Below, piece by piece: positions 8,750 to 18,920 of a stretch of DNA of 64,000 nucleotides. Below the pieces are notes generated by a model. It did not search any database and was not told the DNA's origin. It worked only from the letters and a program-made list of their open reading frames with translations. Position 1 is the stretch's first letter. The number at the start of each line of letters is the position of its first letter. The translations under genes were made by a program, and so were the position numbers. Origin of the DNA: a virus; the IMG/VR virus record IMGVR_UViG_3300003155_000005, positions 1 to 64,000 of that record; one strand, written 5' to 3'.

Positions 8750-9046
8750 TTATTTCTTATGCCATTTTTTGGCCTGTATAGCAAAATTAGCTCTTTTCTT
8801 TTGCAATGTTGTAGCGTTCGGATCATTCATTACTTTATGAGCATGCTCTTGAACACCTTCTCCTGCCCGTTTTGCACTAGCACTAAATTTTCCTCTATTT
8901 TCTTTTTTGATGTGGATCTTAGCTCCTTTCTTCATCATTAATACATACTCATCCTTACTTTCCTTAAGACTTAGAGTGTTTTCGTTATTGAATTTAGAGT
9001 ATCTCTCGTAGATACTATCTAAAATCTCGTTGTTATACTTACTCAT
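8750..9046 (-). CDS. basic small protein (98 aa)
   Basis: Complete ORF in the track. First gene of the minus-strand three-gene cassette. Confidence 0.6.
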   Translation of the reverse strand: MSKYNNEILDSIYERYSKFNNENTLSLKESKDEYVLMMKKGAKIHIKKENRGKFSASAKRAGEGVQEHAHKVMNDPNATTLQKKRANFAIQAKKWHKK

Positions 9047-9086
9047 TTTATTCTAAATGTATTTATAGTTAAATATATATCTTTGT

Positions 9087-9117
9087 TTTGCTTTTACAAA
9101 AATAATAATTATATTTG
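9087..9117 (+). promoter_or_regulatory. Bacteroidota-type promoter (-33 TTTG 9087..9090, -7 TATATTTG 9110..9117)
   Basis: 19-nt spacer. Near-identical to the promoter at 3787..3817. Confidence 0.55.
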
Positions 9118-9161
9118 CAACGAACAAATAGTTTCACATAAAATATATTATTCAATAAATT

Positions 9162-9902
9162 ATGGAAAATTTCCTTCAATGGATTGAGAAAATTCTGGAG
9201 TTTTTGAAGAACTATGGGTTTTTAAATATTATTAAGTCATGTATTTTAATAATTTTATTTGCATTTACTGTGAACATTGCCTTCAATCCAAAAGAAACTA
9301 TTAAAAACATTATTGAATGGGTTCATGCAATTGAGAAGGAAAAGCATGCTACAAGCGAAGAAATTCGCAGGCATGTTAATCCTGTTATTAATGAATTATT
9401 AGATAATTCTATACGGGATATAGGATGTGATAGGGCTTTTATTATGGAAGGGCACAATGGAAAAGCAAATGATAGCGGATTAGGTTTTTATTACGTAGAT
9501 ATGACTTATGAAAGATGTAGAAAACCCTCATTAGATCAAGCAGTATATTGGCAATACAAAGATATGCCAACCAGTATTTTCCCTTTCTTCAATTATTTGG
9601 ACAAACGCAGATATTTTTATGGGGGTTCAGATGAATTATCCCAAATAGATTCTAAGTTAGCTCAAATGATTAATATCAACGGCACACATTTCTTAGTAGC
9701 TGTTGAAATTCCAGGAAAAAATTCTGCTAATCAATTTATGGGAATACTTGGTTATTCTTTTGAAAATTCCCCCAAACTTACTCAAGAACAAATAAAAGAT
9801 TATATGCTTGAGGTGAGAAGAAGGGTTCAAATACTATTATCGTTAACTTCTTTGAAAGAAGTTGACATCAATCAATTTCGAGAAGCAATATGCCTAAATT
9901 AA
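9162..9902 (+). CDS. hypothetical protein with N-terminal TM segment (246 aa)
   Basis: Complete ATG..TAA ORF. No TGA; its Trp codons are all TGG. Confidence 0.65.
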   Translation: MENFLQWIEKILEFLKNYGFLNIIKSCILIILFAFTVNIAFNPKETIKNIIEWVHAIEKEKHATSEEIRRHVNPVINELLDNSIRDIGCDRAFIMEGHNGKANDSGLGFYYVDMTYERCRKPSLDQAVYWQYKDMPTSIFPFFNYLDKRRYFYGGSDELSQIDSKLAQMININGTHFLVAVEIPGKNSANQFMGILGYSFENSPKLTQEQIKDYMLEVRRRVQILLSLTSLKEVDINQFREAICLN

Positions 9903-11818
9903 AAAATGTTAAGGAAAAATATGTAAATGGCCTTAAAGTAGACAAAGAGACAAAGGATGTAGTATACTCTGATGAAGCTCATGTATATATAGACAAAACA
10001 GATCAACAAAAATATATTTCTGTTACTACTTTAATTGGCAAATATGAGAATCCTTTTGATGTATTTTTTTGGTCTTCCTATAAAACTTGCGAGAAGTTAA
10101 TGTCGGAAGAAACTTTTCATGTACTTAAAGAAACTTTATTAGCTACAAAGAGGTGGACAGATGATATGATTGAAAAGCTTCATCTTGATCCAATTATCTT
10201 TGATAAAACAAGAAAAGAAATACAAAAAGGATATGATGATGAGAGAAATAAATCTTGTGAAAGAGGTACAAAAATACATTCTAATTTTGAAGAGATGTAT
10301 TATACTTCAGAGAAGCAAGATTTAAAAAAGTTTGGTTTAGGAGGAGTTTTTACTTGTAAAAAAGGATATTACGAACTTGATTTAGAAAAAGGAGTATACC
10401 CAGAATTTTTGGTTAGCTTAAAATCTTCCGATGGAATATTACGAGTTGCTGGACAGATAGATTTACTAATTAAAGATGGAAATGACATCTATATTTATGA
10501 TTACAAAGGACTTCCATTAGATACTAAAATCCCTACTAAAACAGGATGGACTACAATTAGAGATATAAAGGAGGGAGAAGAAATATTTGATAAAAATGGA
10601 AACCTTACTAAGGTACTTCATAAATCAGATATTCATTATAATCCTTGCTTTAAAATTACATTTGATAATGGAGAGTCTATAATTGCGGACCATGAACATA
10701 GATGGCTAATATCTTTTAGAAATCCAGATAAAACATTTAGAGAAACTGTATTAACTACAGAAGAGTTGGCAAAATGAATAATTGAAAAGCCAAGAACTTC
10801 ATATAATATCCCAAAAATAAAAAATGCACAGCCTTTAAATCTTCCAGATATAGATTTACCTATAGATCCTTATGTTTTAGGTTGCTGGTTAGGAGATGGC
10901 AGTAAATCTAGTGGGATTATTACTAATATCAATGATAAGATATGGGAAGAAATTCAAAATAGAGGCTATTCTGTGGGAAATAATCTTTCTGGAGAGAATC
11001 ATGCAGAAATGCGAACTGTCTACAATATTAGAGGAATATTAGATGAGCTAGGAATATTACATACTAAGTTTATTCCTGATCTCTATATGAGAGCTTCTTA
11101 CCAACAAAGGTTAGACTTACTACGTGGATTAATGGATACAGATGGTTATTATCATGAATCTAGAAAAAGATTTGTGATGGGAACAACTCAAAAATGGCAA
11201 GCAGAAGATCTGTTTAAATTAGTAAGTACATTAGGTATAAAAGCCACTATTTTTGAAGTAGATAAAAAATGTAATGGAAAAATATTTAAAGGTTGGGATG
11301 TATGCTTTTCAACAAATGGTTTAAATCCATTTTTAGTTAGAAATCAAAATATTGACTTTCCAAAAACTGACAAAAATTCTTTCAGAAATATTATTTCTGT
11401 AGAAAGAGTGGATACTATAGCAACACAGTGTTTAGAAGTAGATAGTCCTTCTCATACGTTTTTGTTTGGGGATTCTATGATAGTTACACATAATACAAAT
11501 AAGGAAATAAAGAAGCGTTCTTACTACGATCAAACTAAATGATCTAATGTAATGATGAAATACCCATTAAATAATATAATGGATTGTAATTATTATCATT
11601 ACACATTACAACTATCTTTATATGCTTATTTGTTACAACAAATTAAACCTGAGCTAAATATCAAGAAATTAACATTAATACATATAGATCATAATGATAA
11701 AATTACAGAATATTCTGTAGATTATCTTAAAAATGATGTAGAAAGAATGTTAAAACACTATAAAAAGCTTTTAAAACAGACGACTATACTTGATAGAGAT
11801 CGTCCTATTATATTTTAA
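9890..11818 (+). CDS. PD-(D/E)XK (RecB/Cas4-like) exonuclease interrupted by an intein
   Basis: Track ORFs 9890, 10973 and 11552 share one frame through TGAs at 10775 and 11540. Exteins carry ERGTKIH, GQIDLLIKDGNDIYIYDYK|TNKE and QLSLYAYLL nuclease motifs. Confidence 0.8.
10508..11494 (+). mobile_element. intein (329 aa) with LAGLIDADG endonuclease domain; class 3-like W-C-T signature, Gly at position 1
   Basis: Begins GLPLDTKIPTKTGW. Block B is GESIIADHEHRW (His B10, Trp B12). LAGLIDADG motifs are LGCWLGDGSKSSG and LRGLMDTDGYYH. Block F is TQCLEVDSPSHTF (Cys F4). Block G is MIVTHN followed by +1 Thr (Thr G5). Confidence 0.7.
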
Positions 11819-11820
11819 AT

Positions 11821-12090
11821 ATGGGAAGTATATTTGATATTATAGATGGACATGTAAATGAGATGTTTAATGCTAATGAGGAGTTATATGAAAAGAGAAT
11901 GAAAGTATGTAAAGAATGTCCATTATATAAAGAAACTCCTGTTGGCCCAATATGTAATCCCAAGCTTTATATAAATAAAGAAGGTGATGTAGCAACATAT
12001 AAAAAAGATGGTTATGTCCGTGGATGTTCTTGTCGTTTATCTGCGAAGACAAGATTAAATCATGGAAAATGTATTATAGGAAAATGGTAA
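11821..12090 (+). CDS. Cys-rich small protein (putative zinc-binding)
   Basis: Complete ORF. CKECP...PICNP...GCSCR...HGKC cysteine pattern. Confidence 0.55.
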   Translation: MGSIFDIIDGHVNEMFNANEELYEKRMKVCKECPLYKETPVGPICNPKLYINKEGDVATYKKDGYVRGCSCRLSAKTRLNHGKCIIGKW

Positions 12091-12587
12091 AAAGTATGAG
12101 CAATTTAATTTTAAATGATCCCACTGGGGCAAGTGGTTACGGTGCACAATTAAGTAAAAATCTTTCTGGACTTAGTTCAACTGAAGTTAAAGAACGAATA
12201 GAAATAGAAAAATTAGCTGCTGCCTCTGCAGAATTAGAAGCAAATAAAGGGTGGAAATCTGCAGAGAATAAAAAAGTTCAGGCAACAGGATATACAGTTA
12301 TATTTACAAAATATAAACGTAATCCTTATCGAAAATATAAGTCAGGGGCAGGACTAATTATGGATGTAGATTCCTTCCATGTAAATGAAGCTGGAGAAAT
12401 GGAACAAGATGAAATGGGAGTTATCTGTTGTCATGTAGTATCTGTTGGACCAGAGTGTAAATATGTTAAGGAAGGTGATGACATTTATATAAGAAATGTT
12501 GGAGCTGCTCCTGTTCCCTTTGACTATAGAGGTTATTGGGCAATTAGTGAACAAAATGTGATATGTAGAATTGTAGACAATGATTAG
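12084..12587 (+). CDS. GroES-like (Cpn10-fold) co-chaperonin candidate with N-terminal extension
   Basis: The C-terminal ~95 aa follow the GroES pattern (ATGYTVIF..SGAGLIM..GVICCHVVSVGPECKYVKEGDDIYI..YWAISEQNVICRI). ATG 12084 overlaps the upstream stop. Assignment is by motif resemblance only. Confidence 0.45.
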   Translation: MVKSMSNLILNDPTGASGYGAQLSKNLSGLSSTEVKERIEIEKLAAASAELEANKGWKSAENKKVQATGYTVIFTKYKRNPYRKYKSGAGLIMDVDSFHVNEAGEMEQDEMGVICCHVVSVGPECKYVKEGDDIYIRNVGAAPVPFDYRGYWAISEQNVICRIVDND

Positions 12588-12813
12588 TGAAATTGAAAAA
12601 ATATTTTATAATCCTGGAGACTTAGTTAGAGTTAGACATCATAAACTAAGTAATATTCCAGTGATGTATGTTGTGGAAAAGGTAACAAGATCCTATAAAC
12701 ACAATGATGAAACAGTGAATTCCTTTAAGGGAATTAAGTGCAGATGGTTTAATGTAAATGGTGATCTTTGTGAAGAAATTTTCTCTTCTAAAGATCTTGA
12801 AAGAGTAAAATAA
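12580..12813 (+). CDS. hypothetical protein (77 aa)
   Basis: Complete ORF, overlapping start/stop with neighbours. Confidence 0.5.
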   Translation: MISEIEKIFYNPGDLVRVRHHKLSNIPVMYVVEKVTRSYKHNDETVNSFKGIKCRWFNVNGDLCEEIFSSKDLERVK

Positions 12814-13091
12814 TGAAGGTATATTTTAATAGACTAGGAAATATAGACCATGTAGATTGTACTTCTGCTGAATTTATTGAACTGCAAGATGGAAATAATC
12901 TTTTGACATGGGTTGATTTAGCTGATATCCCTAAGTGTTTAGGAGAAACCATAGAAAAACGTGTTGAACTGTGGTTAGAACTTAAAAAGAGGGGAATTAT
13001 TGTAGAAAATACTAAAAGACATCATGGACGAAACTCAATTAATGGAATTCATAAAGTGAATTCCAACGCGCATAAAAACATTGCAAAATAA
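12813..13091 (+). CDS. hypothetical protein (92 aa)
   Basis: Complete ORF with ATGA-type coupling to the upstream gene. Confidence 0.5.
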   Translation: MKVYFNRLGNIDHVDCTSAEFIELQDGNNLLTWVDLADIPKCLGETIEKRVELWLELKKRGIIVENTKRHHGRNSINGIHKVNSNAHKNIAK

Positions 13092-13110
13092 ATCTCCAGA
13101 AGAGATCGCA

Positions 13111-13737
13111 ATGACTTTAAATAAGCTTTCTAAAACTCCAGAAGGACAAAAGCAATTAGAAGCACTTATTCAGGAATTTAAATCTGAAAATGCTGCAATT
13201 CAACCAGAGGAAACTGGAATGTTTAAGAAGGGAGGAAAGCTTAACTACTTAGTTACTAAGTTTAAAAATGGAGGAAAGAAAACTATAAATACCCCTAAAG
13301 GTCCAATTCATAGTGATGGAGAAGGAGGATACAAAGACATTGATGGACGGGATGCTGGATATAGAGAAGGTTATTTTAAAGAGAGGGCTGCTCAAAGAGC
13401 CTCTGATAGATTAGCTGAACAAGAATTCAGATCTGATTCAACATATCATGCTTTACCTGGAGGTCCTATCTATACAAGAAGTACATTTTATCCTTTCTCT
13501 ACAGATACTTTAGTATCTAAAAATGGGAAATTTTACAGTAATTCTTTAGGAAGATCTATTAGAAAGTTTGTTACGGGAACTTCTCCATTTGATCAGATTA
13601 ATAGAGCTATTGATAGTATAGCTGGATACAGTACCCCAAGATATAATAATGGTGGTGAGGTTCAAGAGAAAAAACCTTTAAAATGGGAGGAACTAAGAAA
13701 AGCTACTATTATAGATAAATTCAAGAAAGTGAAATAA
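13111..13737 (+). CDS. hypothetical protein carrying K-x-G-G-K motifs
   Basis: ATG 13111 is preferred over TTG 13081. Contains MFKKGGKL, KFKNGGKK and YNNGGEV. Confidence 0.55.
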   Translation: MTLNKLSKTPEGQKQLEALIQEFKSENAAIQPEETGMFKKGGKLNYLVTKFKNGGKKTINTPKGPIHSDGEGGYKDIDGRDAGYREGYFKERAAQRASDRLAEQEFRSDSTYHALPGGPIYTRSTFYPFSTDTLVSKNGKFYSNSLGRSIRKFVTGTSPFDQINRAIDSIAGYSTPRYNNGGEVQEKKPLKWEELRKATIIDKFKKVK

Positions 13738-14315
13738 TGGTTGATTTTTTCCTTTATGATAACTCTACAGGAGCAATTACTCTAAATGAGTATGAGATAC
13801 TGTTAGTTAAGGAATTTGCAACACTCTATGATACCAGTAGGAATAAATGTAAAGAAGATCCTACTGGTATTCATAGATTAAGGGCATGGAGAGAATTTAA
13901 ATATATATTCTTAATGTTGGATTTTAAATCTCCTTATTTGGAATATATAGAGCAAGAAAGGCATGAGCAAGCTATGAAGGATAGTGAACTGACTGATAAA
14001 GAATGGGAAGATCCTGATTTTAGAGCAGCATGTCGGAAATACATGGAGATTAAAGATTCATCCAGAATTCTTAGTTTAATTAAAACTGCATTTAGAACAT
14101 TGGAAAAAATGAGGGTTTTCTTAGACAATATTGAATTCACTGATATGGATGGAAATGGAAAATACTTAAATGATCCTAAAAAGGTTCTTGAAAGTATTGG
14201 ACAGATTAAAAAGATGAATGATTACTTACGTGAATTGGAGAATGACTACAAGAAAGATCAGGAATCTACAAATACTCGTTATAGAGGAGATGTAGAGATC
14301 GGACTTGATGATTAA
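13737..14315 (+). CDS. hypothetical protein (192 aa); small-terminase candidate by position only
   Basis: Complete ORF immediately upstream of the large terminase. No motif was recognised. Confidence 0.55.
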   Translation: MVDFFLYDNSTGAITLNEYEILLVKEFATLYDTSRNKCKEDPTGIHRLRAWREFKYIFLMLDFKSPYLEYIEQERHEQAMKDSELTDKEWEDPDFRAACRKYMEIKDSSRILSLIKTAFRTLEKMRVFLDNIEFTDMDGNGKYLNDPKKVLESIGQIKKMNDYLRELENDYKKDQESTNTRYRGDVEIGLDD

Positions 14316-14333
14316 ATCCTTAATAAATAAAGT

Positions 14334-17300
14334 ATGGCTGAACTAAGATCAAAGAAAAAGAAAGACGAATTACGTAAGAGAGTTGACAGACTTCCGACCT
14401 TCACAGAAAAAACTGAGGAAGAGTTAAGGAAGGAGTTGCTTGCTTCAACTATAGATGAAGAAACTGAAGAGTCCCCATATTATTATGAAGATAAAGTAGA
14501 AGTACATAAGAAAAGGACTGAAGGGTTATGAGATGTAATATTAGAAGATGAGATTCATTATTTTGATCCAGAATTGTCTTATGAAATAACAGGATATAGA
14601 CCTATTAATGAGACTGAAGGATTAGATTTTGATCCCACTCCTTTTATAGAAGTTGGGCAGGTATATCAGAGAACTGGAAGATACACTGCACATAAAAAAG
14701 GAGGCAAACCTTATGTGGACTTTTGAAGAGAACAGATAAGGCGTTGTGTTGAAGGTTATACAGTAGGGAAATATAGGGTTACAGGAGATCATTATTTCTT
14801 CTTAAACTTCTATAGAATGGGTATTGTAGATGATAAGAAAAAAGCAGGAGCTGGCTCAGAAGAATCTTTTCCATTTTTCACATCAAAGCAATACGAGTTT
14901 TTTCATTATGTAGAAATGTGCGAATATCTTAAAAAAGATGTAGTAGCATTAAAATCTCGAGCGGTAAACTAACCTGCCGCCTTATATAGTAATATGTAAG
15001 TAAAAATTCCGCAAAATCGGTAGAAGCTACGATAACTAAATATGTGATTTTATTACGATGACAAAACAAGAACAAATTAAATTTATAGAGGATAACTATC
15101 CCGAATATACAAATCATTTTAGCAAACGCTCTATTAGACATGATTTCTTTTCTGAAATTAAAACTGAGTTACAAGCATATTTATTAGGATTTTATGCTGC
15201 TGATGGTAGTATAAATGAAAAACGAAAAACTTTACGCATTCATTTATGTGATGTGGATTCTGATATAGTAAATATGTACAAAACATATATCAGCCAGGAT
15301 GCAAGAACCTTTATTCTACAAGAACATATTACAACTGGAAGAAATGGGATGAAAGTACAAGCACATAAATCATATGGCATTGATATAACCAGTACAAAAT
15401 TATGTGAGTCCCTAGTTAATCTAGGATTTGGATATAATAAAACATATGTGGAGCATAGTTTTCCAAAAATGGACCCCTCTCTTTTTAGGCACTTTATTAG
15501 GGGTTATTTTGATGGGGATGGTTCTATTACTGGAAGCTATCGTAAAGCTCAAGAAAATAGAAAAGAGAGAATGACTATGAATTTTACAATAGATTTTAAA
15601 AAGGCTCAATTAGCATTAGAATTCCAAAAAGAGTTTGCAAGAAGAGACATAAAATCCAGTGTAATATATTTAAAAAGAGATGATATGTATAGATTAACTA
15701 CAGCATCTATTCCCAACATTAAAAAGTTATTTCATTTCTTATATGATGATTGTAATTTTTATGGTAATAGAAAATATAAAAAATTTAGTTATTATGTTAA
15801 TACCGAGGTAAGTCAGTTGATTGCTGACCACCGTAACGCGTAGGAGATGATCGCTAGAAACAGAAATAATTCTCCCAAGAGTGCGGAACATCCATTTGGA
15901 TGAAAATGTACGCTGAACTTATAGGAAACTATAAGAACTATAGGATAAAAAGCCTATAGGATAACAAAAATTGAGGATTCTCAGAAATAGGAGCCTGTTT
16001 AGGAGTTAGACCTTTTATTACTACTAGAAAATTTAGAACAGTTTACACTGCCTATTCTGACACATATGTTGATGCTGTACTAGATAAATGTTGGTACCAG
16101 CTTAACTGATTAAGTAATAATACTGACGGAGGTATGAAACGTGTTCGACAGAAGATCGATAATATTAAACAAAAACGAGCTTCTAAAGTTGATAAAGACG
16201 GAGTAGAATCTGGACGTATGGCAGAAATAGAAGGAATTCCAGCAGATAATCCTAGAAAAGTTCGTGGTGATCGTTGTGATAGGCTGATGTTCGAAGAGTT
16301 TGGTTCTAATCCAGTATCTAGAACATCTTGAACCCAAGGAACTGCCCTTGTTGAAATTGGTGGTGTACGTAGAGGCATTAAGATTGGTTGGGGAACTGGT
16401 AGGGAATTAATTTAATTTATTATATTACAAGTAATTTTTATTAGTCAATGAAAAGAGAAAGTAAACAAACTGTTATAAATATTGCTATTCAAGAGTATTT
16501 GAACATCCCTGAAAGCGATAGAAGCTTAACTCAAATAGGAAGAAAATATGGAATTAAGCGTCAAACATTATCTAAATATTTAAAATTAAGAGGCTATGAA
16601 GTTATTAATTACCAAAATATTCATAGGCTAAATGAAACAATTTTTGATACAATAGATACTGAAGAAAAAGCATACTGATTAGGATTTTTATATGCTGATG
16701 GAAATATTAGTTCTGAAGGATTTAGATTAGAGATTAATTTATCAATAACAGATTTAAATCATATGAAAAAATTAGCTACTTTTTTAAACCTTACAAATGA
16801 TATTAGATTATCGGCAAATGGAGAAATTTGCAGGATTTCTGCAAGAAGTAAGCATTTATGGGAGCAGCTAAATATTAAGGGATGTACTCCTTGTAAAAGT
16901 CTAACTTTAAAATTTCCTAATGCTGCAATTTTTTCAAATTCACAATTAATCTATGATTTTATTCGAGGTTATTGTGATGGTGATGGATGTTTAACTGTCT
17001 ACAAAAAGAATAATTCTGTAGTAACAGAATTAAATTTTGTGGGAACCGAAAATTTTTTACTTGAGGTTGAAAAAAAATTAAATATTAAAGGATATATTAG
17101 GAATAAGAGTTCTATGAAATATATTAATAGAGCCTATTCTTTGAAATATTCTGGAGTTGCAGCAAGAAGGGTTGCAAGATTATTGTATGAAAAAGCTTCA
17201 ATATATTTAGATCGAAAATATAATAAATATAAATTATTCTGCCTCCTAGAAGAGGGATCTTCTAGAAGAAAATCGAGCAAAATCGGTGAAGGCTGAGATG

Positions 17301-18622
17301 CTAATACCGAGATAACTAATTAGATTGCAAAAGGCTAATTAGTATTGTAACGCGTAGATACTGAATAAATATAATGTATCCAAGAGTGTTCGACATCCAG
17401 AACGGATGAAAATGTACGCTGAACTTATGAGAATCAAATCATAAGAACTGCAGATAAAAAACTGCAGGATAACAAATTGGGAGACCAAGGCCCTTCATTA
17501 ACAGGATTATCTGAGATATTTAGTGATCCTAAAGCTAATAATGTCTTACCTTATAAGAACTTCTACTCCTCAGATGGAACTGTTCAATATACAGGATTTT
17601 TTATTCCTGCCTATACATTTATGTTGGGATCTGAATATACAGATCATCGGGGAGTTACAAATACAGAGAAAGCAAAAAAATATTATGAAGAGCAAAGAGC
17701 TGCTAAAAGTGGCAAAAGTCTTCTTGAATATTGTTCAGAATATTGTTTTACTCCAGCTGAAGCCTTATTAAGGCAGGGTGATAATATTTTTGATGCTATT
17801 GCTATTTCAGATAGAATTACCCAAATTAGAATACACAAAATGGGAATTAAACCTAGACGTGTAGCACTTCTTTGGGACAAAAGCGAAGGGGATGAAAGTT
17901 TAAACAAAGTAAAGGTTTATGATAAGGTGGATAGTAATATTCTTATCTATGAAGAGCCCATGTTAGATGATAAAGACCCTTATAAAAATTTATATGTAGC
18001 TGGGATAGACTCTATTGACCAAGGTACAGAAGATTCTGCAACTCAAAAAGATGTATCAGATTTTTGTATTGTAATAAAAAGAAGAGCCTATGGTTTAAAA
18101 GAGCCTAAGTATGTAGCTGTATATAAAGAAAGACCAAGAGATATTAGATTGGCGTATGACAATGCAATGAAATTATTAACTTGATATAATTGCAAAGCAT
18201 TACTGGAACACACCAAAATTAGTATCTTAACCTACTTTAAAAGCAAGAAAAAAGATAATCTTTTTATGAAACGTCCAAAATCTAGTCTTAGTGATATTAA
18301 GAGAGGTAATTCACAAATGATTGGAGTCCCTGCTACAGAAACTATTATAAAGCATGGATTGGAACTTATTAATACTTATATAAATGATTATTGTTATACA
18401 ATAGATTCTGATATGATTCTGGAACAATTATTAAATTATTCTTATGAAAATAAAAGAAAATATGATATTGTTGCAGCTATGAGTATGGCAGAAATCGCTG
18501 ATGAAGAGTTAATGGGATTTAATCCAAAACCTGCGCATAGTGTAGAAAAAGAATGGAAAGATTTTGGATGATTTACTAATTCAAAAGGTTATAAACAGTT
18601 TGGAGTTATTGGTGATGAATAA
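14334..18622 (+). CDS. terL: terminase large subunit, three exons: 14334..14965, 15974..16400, 17480..18622 (733 aa after splicing)
   Basis: Spliced product reads ...FPFFTSKQYEFFHYVEMCEYLKKDVVALKSRAV|GFSEIGACLG...DRLMFEEFG...IGWGTG|GDQGPSLTGL...YVAGIDSIDQG.... Exon lengths 632+427+1143 sum to 2202 nt (3 x 734). In-frame TGAs lie in exons 1-3. Ends at TAA 18620-18622. Confidence 0.85.
14966..15973 (+). mobile_element. group I intron 1 in terL (1008 nt)
   Basis: The 5' exon ends in U. GCGGU can pair with the intron's GCCGC (14975..14979) as a P1 helix with a U-G wobble. The intron ends ...AAAAATTG (terminal G). The 3' ~130 nt are closely similar to intron 2. Confidence 0.7.
15058..15843 (+). 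CDS. LAGLIDADG homing endonuclease (intron 1 encoded)
   Basis: Two motifs, LLGFYAADGSI and IRGYFDGDGSI. The ORF runs into the conserved intron core. Confidence 0.85.
   Translation: MTKQEQIKFIEDNYPEYTNHFSKRSIRHDFFSEIKTELQAYLLGFYAADGSINEKRKTLRIHLCDVDSDIVNMYKTYISQDARTFILQEHITTGRNGMKVQAHKSYGIDITSTKLCESLVNLGFGYNKTYVEHSFPKMDPSLFRHFIRGYFDGDGSITGSYRKAQENRKERMTMNFTIDFKKAQLALEFQKEFARRDIKSSVIYLKRDDMYRLTTASIPNIKKLFHFLYDDCNFYGNRKYKKFSYYVNTEVSQLIADHRNA
16401..17479 (+). mobile_element. group I intron 2 in terL (1079 nt)
   Basis: Splits W-G-T-G|G-D. The 5' exon ends in U and the intron ends ...ACAAATTG. Shares AATACCGAG, GTAACGCGTAG, CCAAGAGTG, GGATGAAAATGTACGCTGAACTTA and a hairpin plus GATAACAAA with intron 1. 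Confidence 0.7.
16448..17323 (+). CDS. LAGLIDADG homing endonuclease with N-terminal HTH (intron 2 encoded)
   Basis: Track ORFs 16448 and 16763 are joined by in-frame TGA 16676. Motifs are LGFLYADGNI and IRGYCDGDGCL. Read through TGA 17294 to TAG 17321-17323. Confidence 0.8.
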
Positions 18623-18920
18623 TTTAGAAGATAAAATACGAAATGTGATAAAAGAAGCTTTATGCTCAGAATATATTGGTAATTTAGATATATTGCATGA
18701 TGAGGATTCTTATACTTTAAAACTGGATTTAAATCAACATGAAGCTCCAATGTATTTTTCTTATCAAGGAAGTGAAGAAGGTTTTCTTGATTACTTATTA
18801 AGAGATTTAAGACAACGACAAATCGATCGTGCTAAGTATTATAAAGGAATAATGACAGATACTGGTAACGATGATATTTATTATATTGTACTAGAATGAA
18901 CAAAACAGAAATCCAATTAA
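18615..18920 (+). CDS. hypothetical protein (~100 aa)
   Basis: ATG 18615 overlaps the terL stop. The track ORF ends at TGA 18897-18899; under code 4 it ends at TAA 18918-18920. Confidence 0.45.

Noticed and set aside
16052-16378. Minus-strand ORFs inside terL exon 2
   Set aside because: The + frame carries recognisable terminase motifs (DRLMFEEFG), so the minus frames are shadows.
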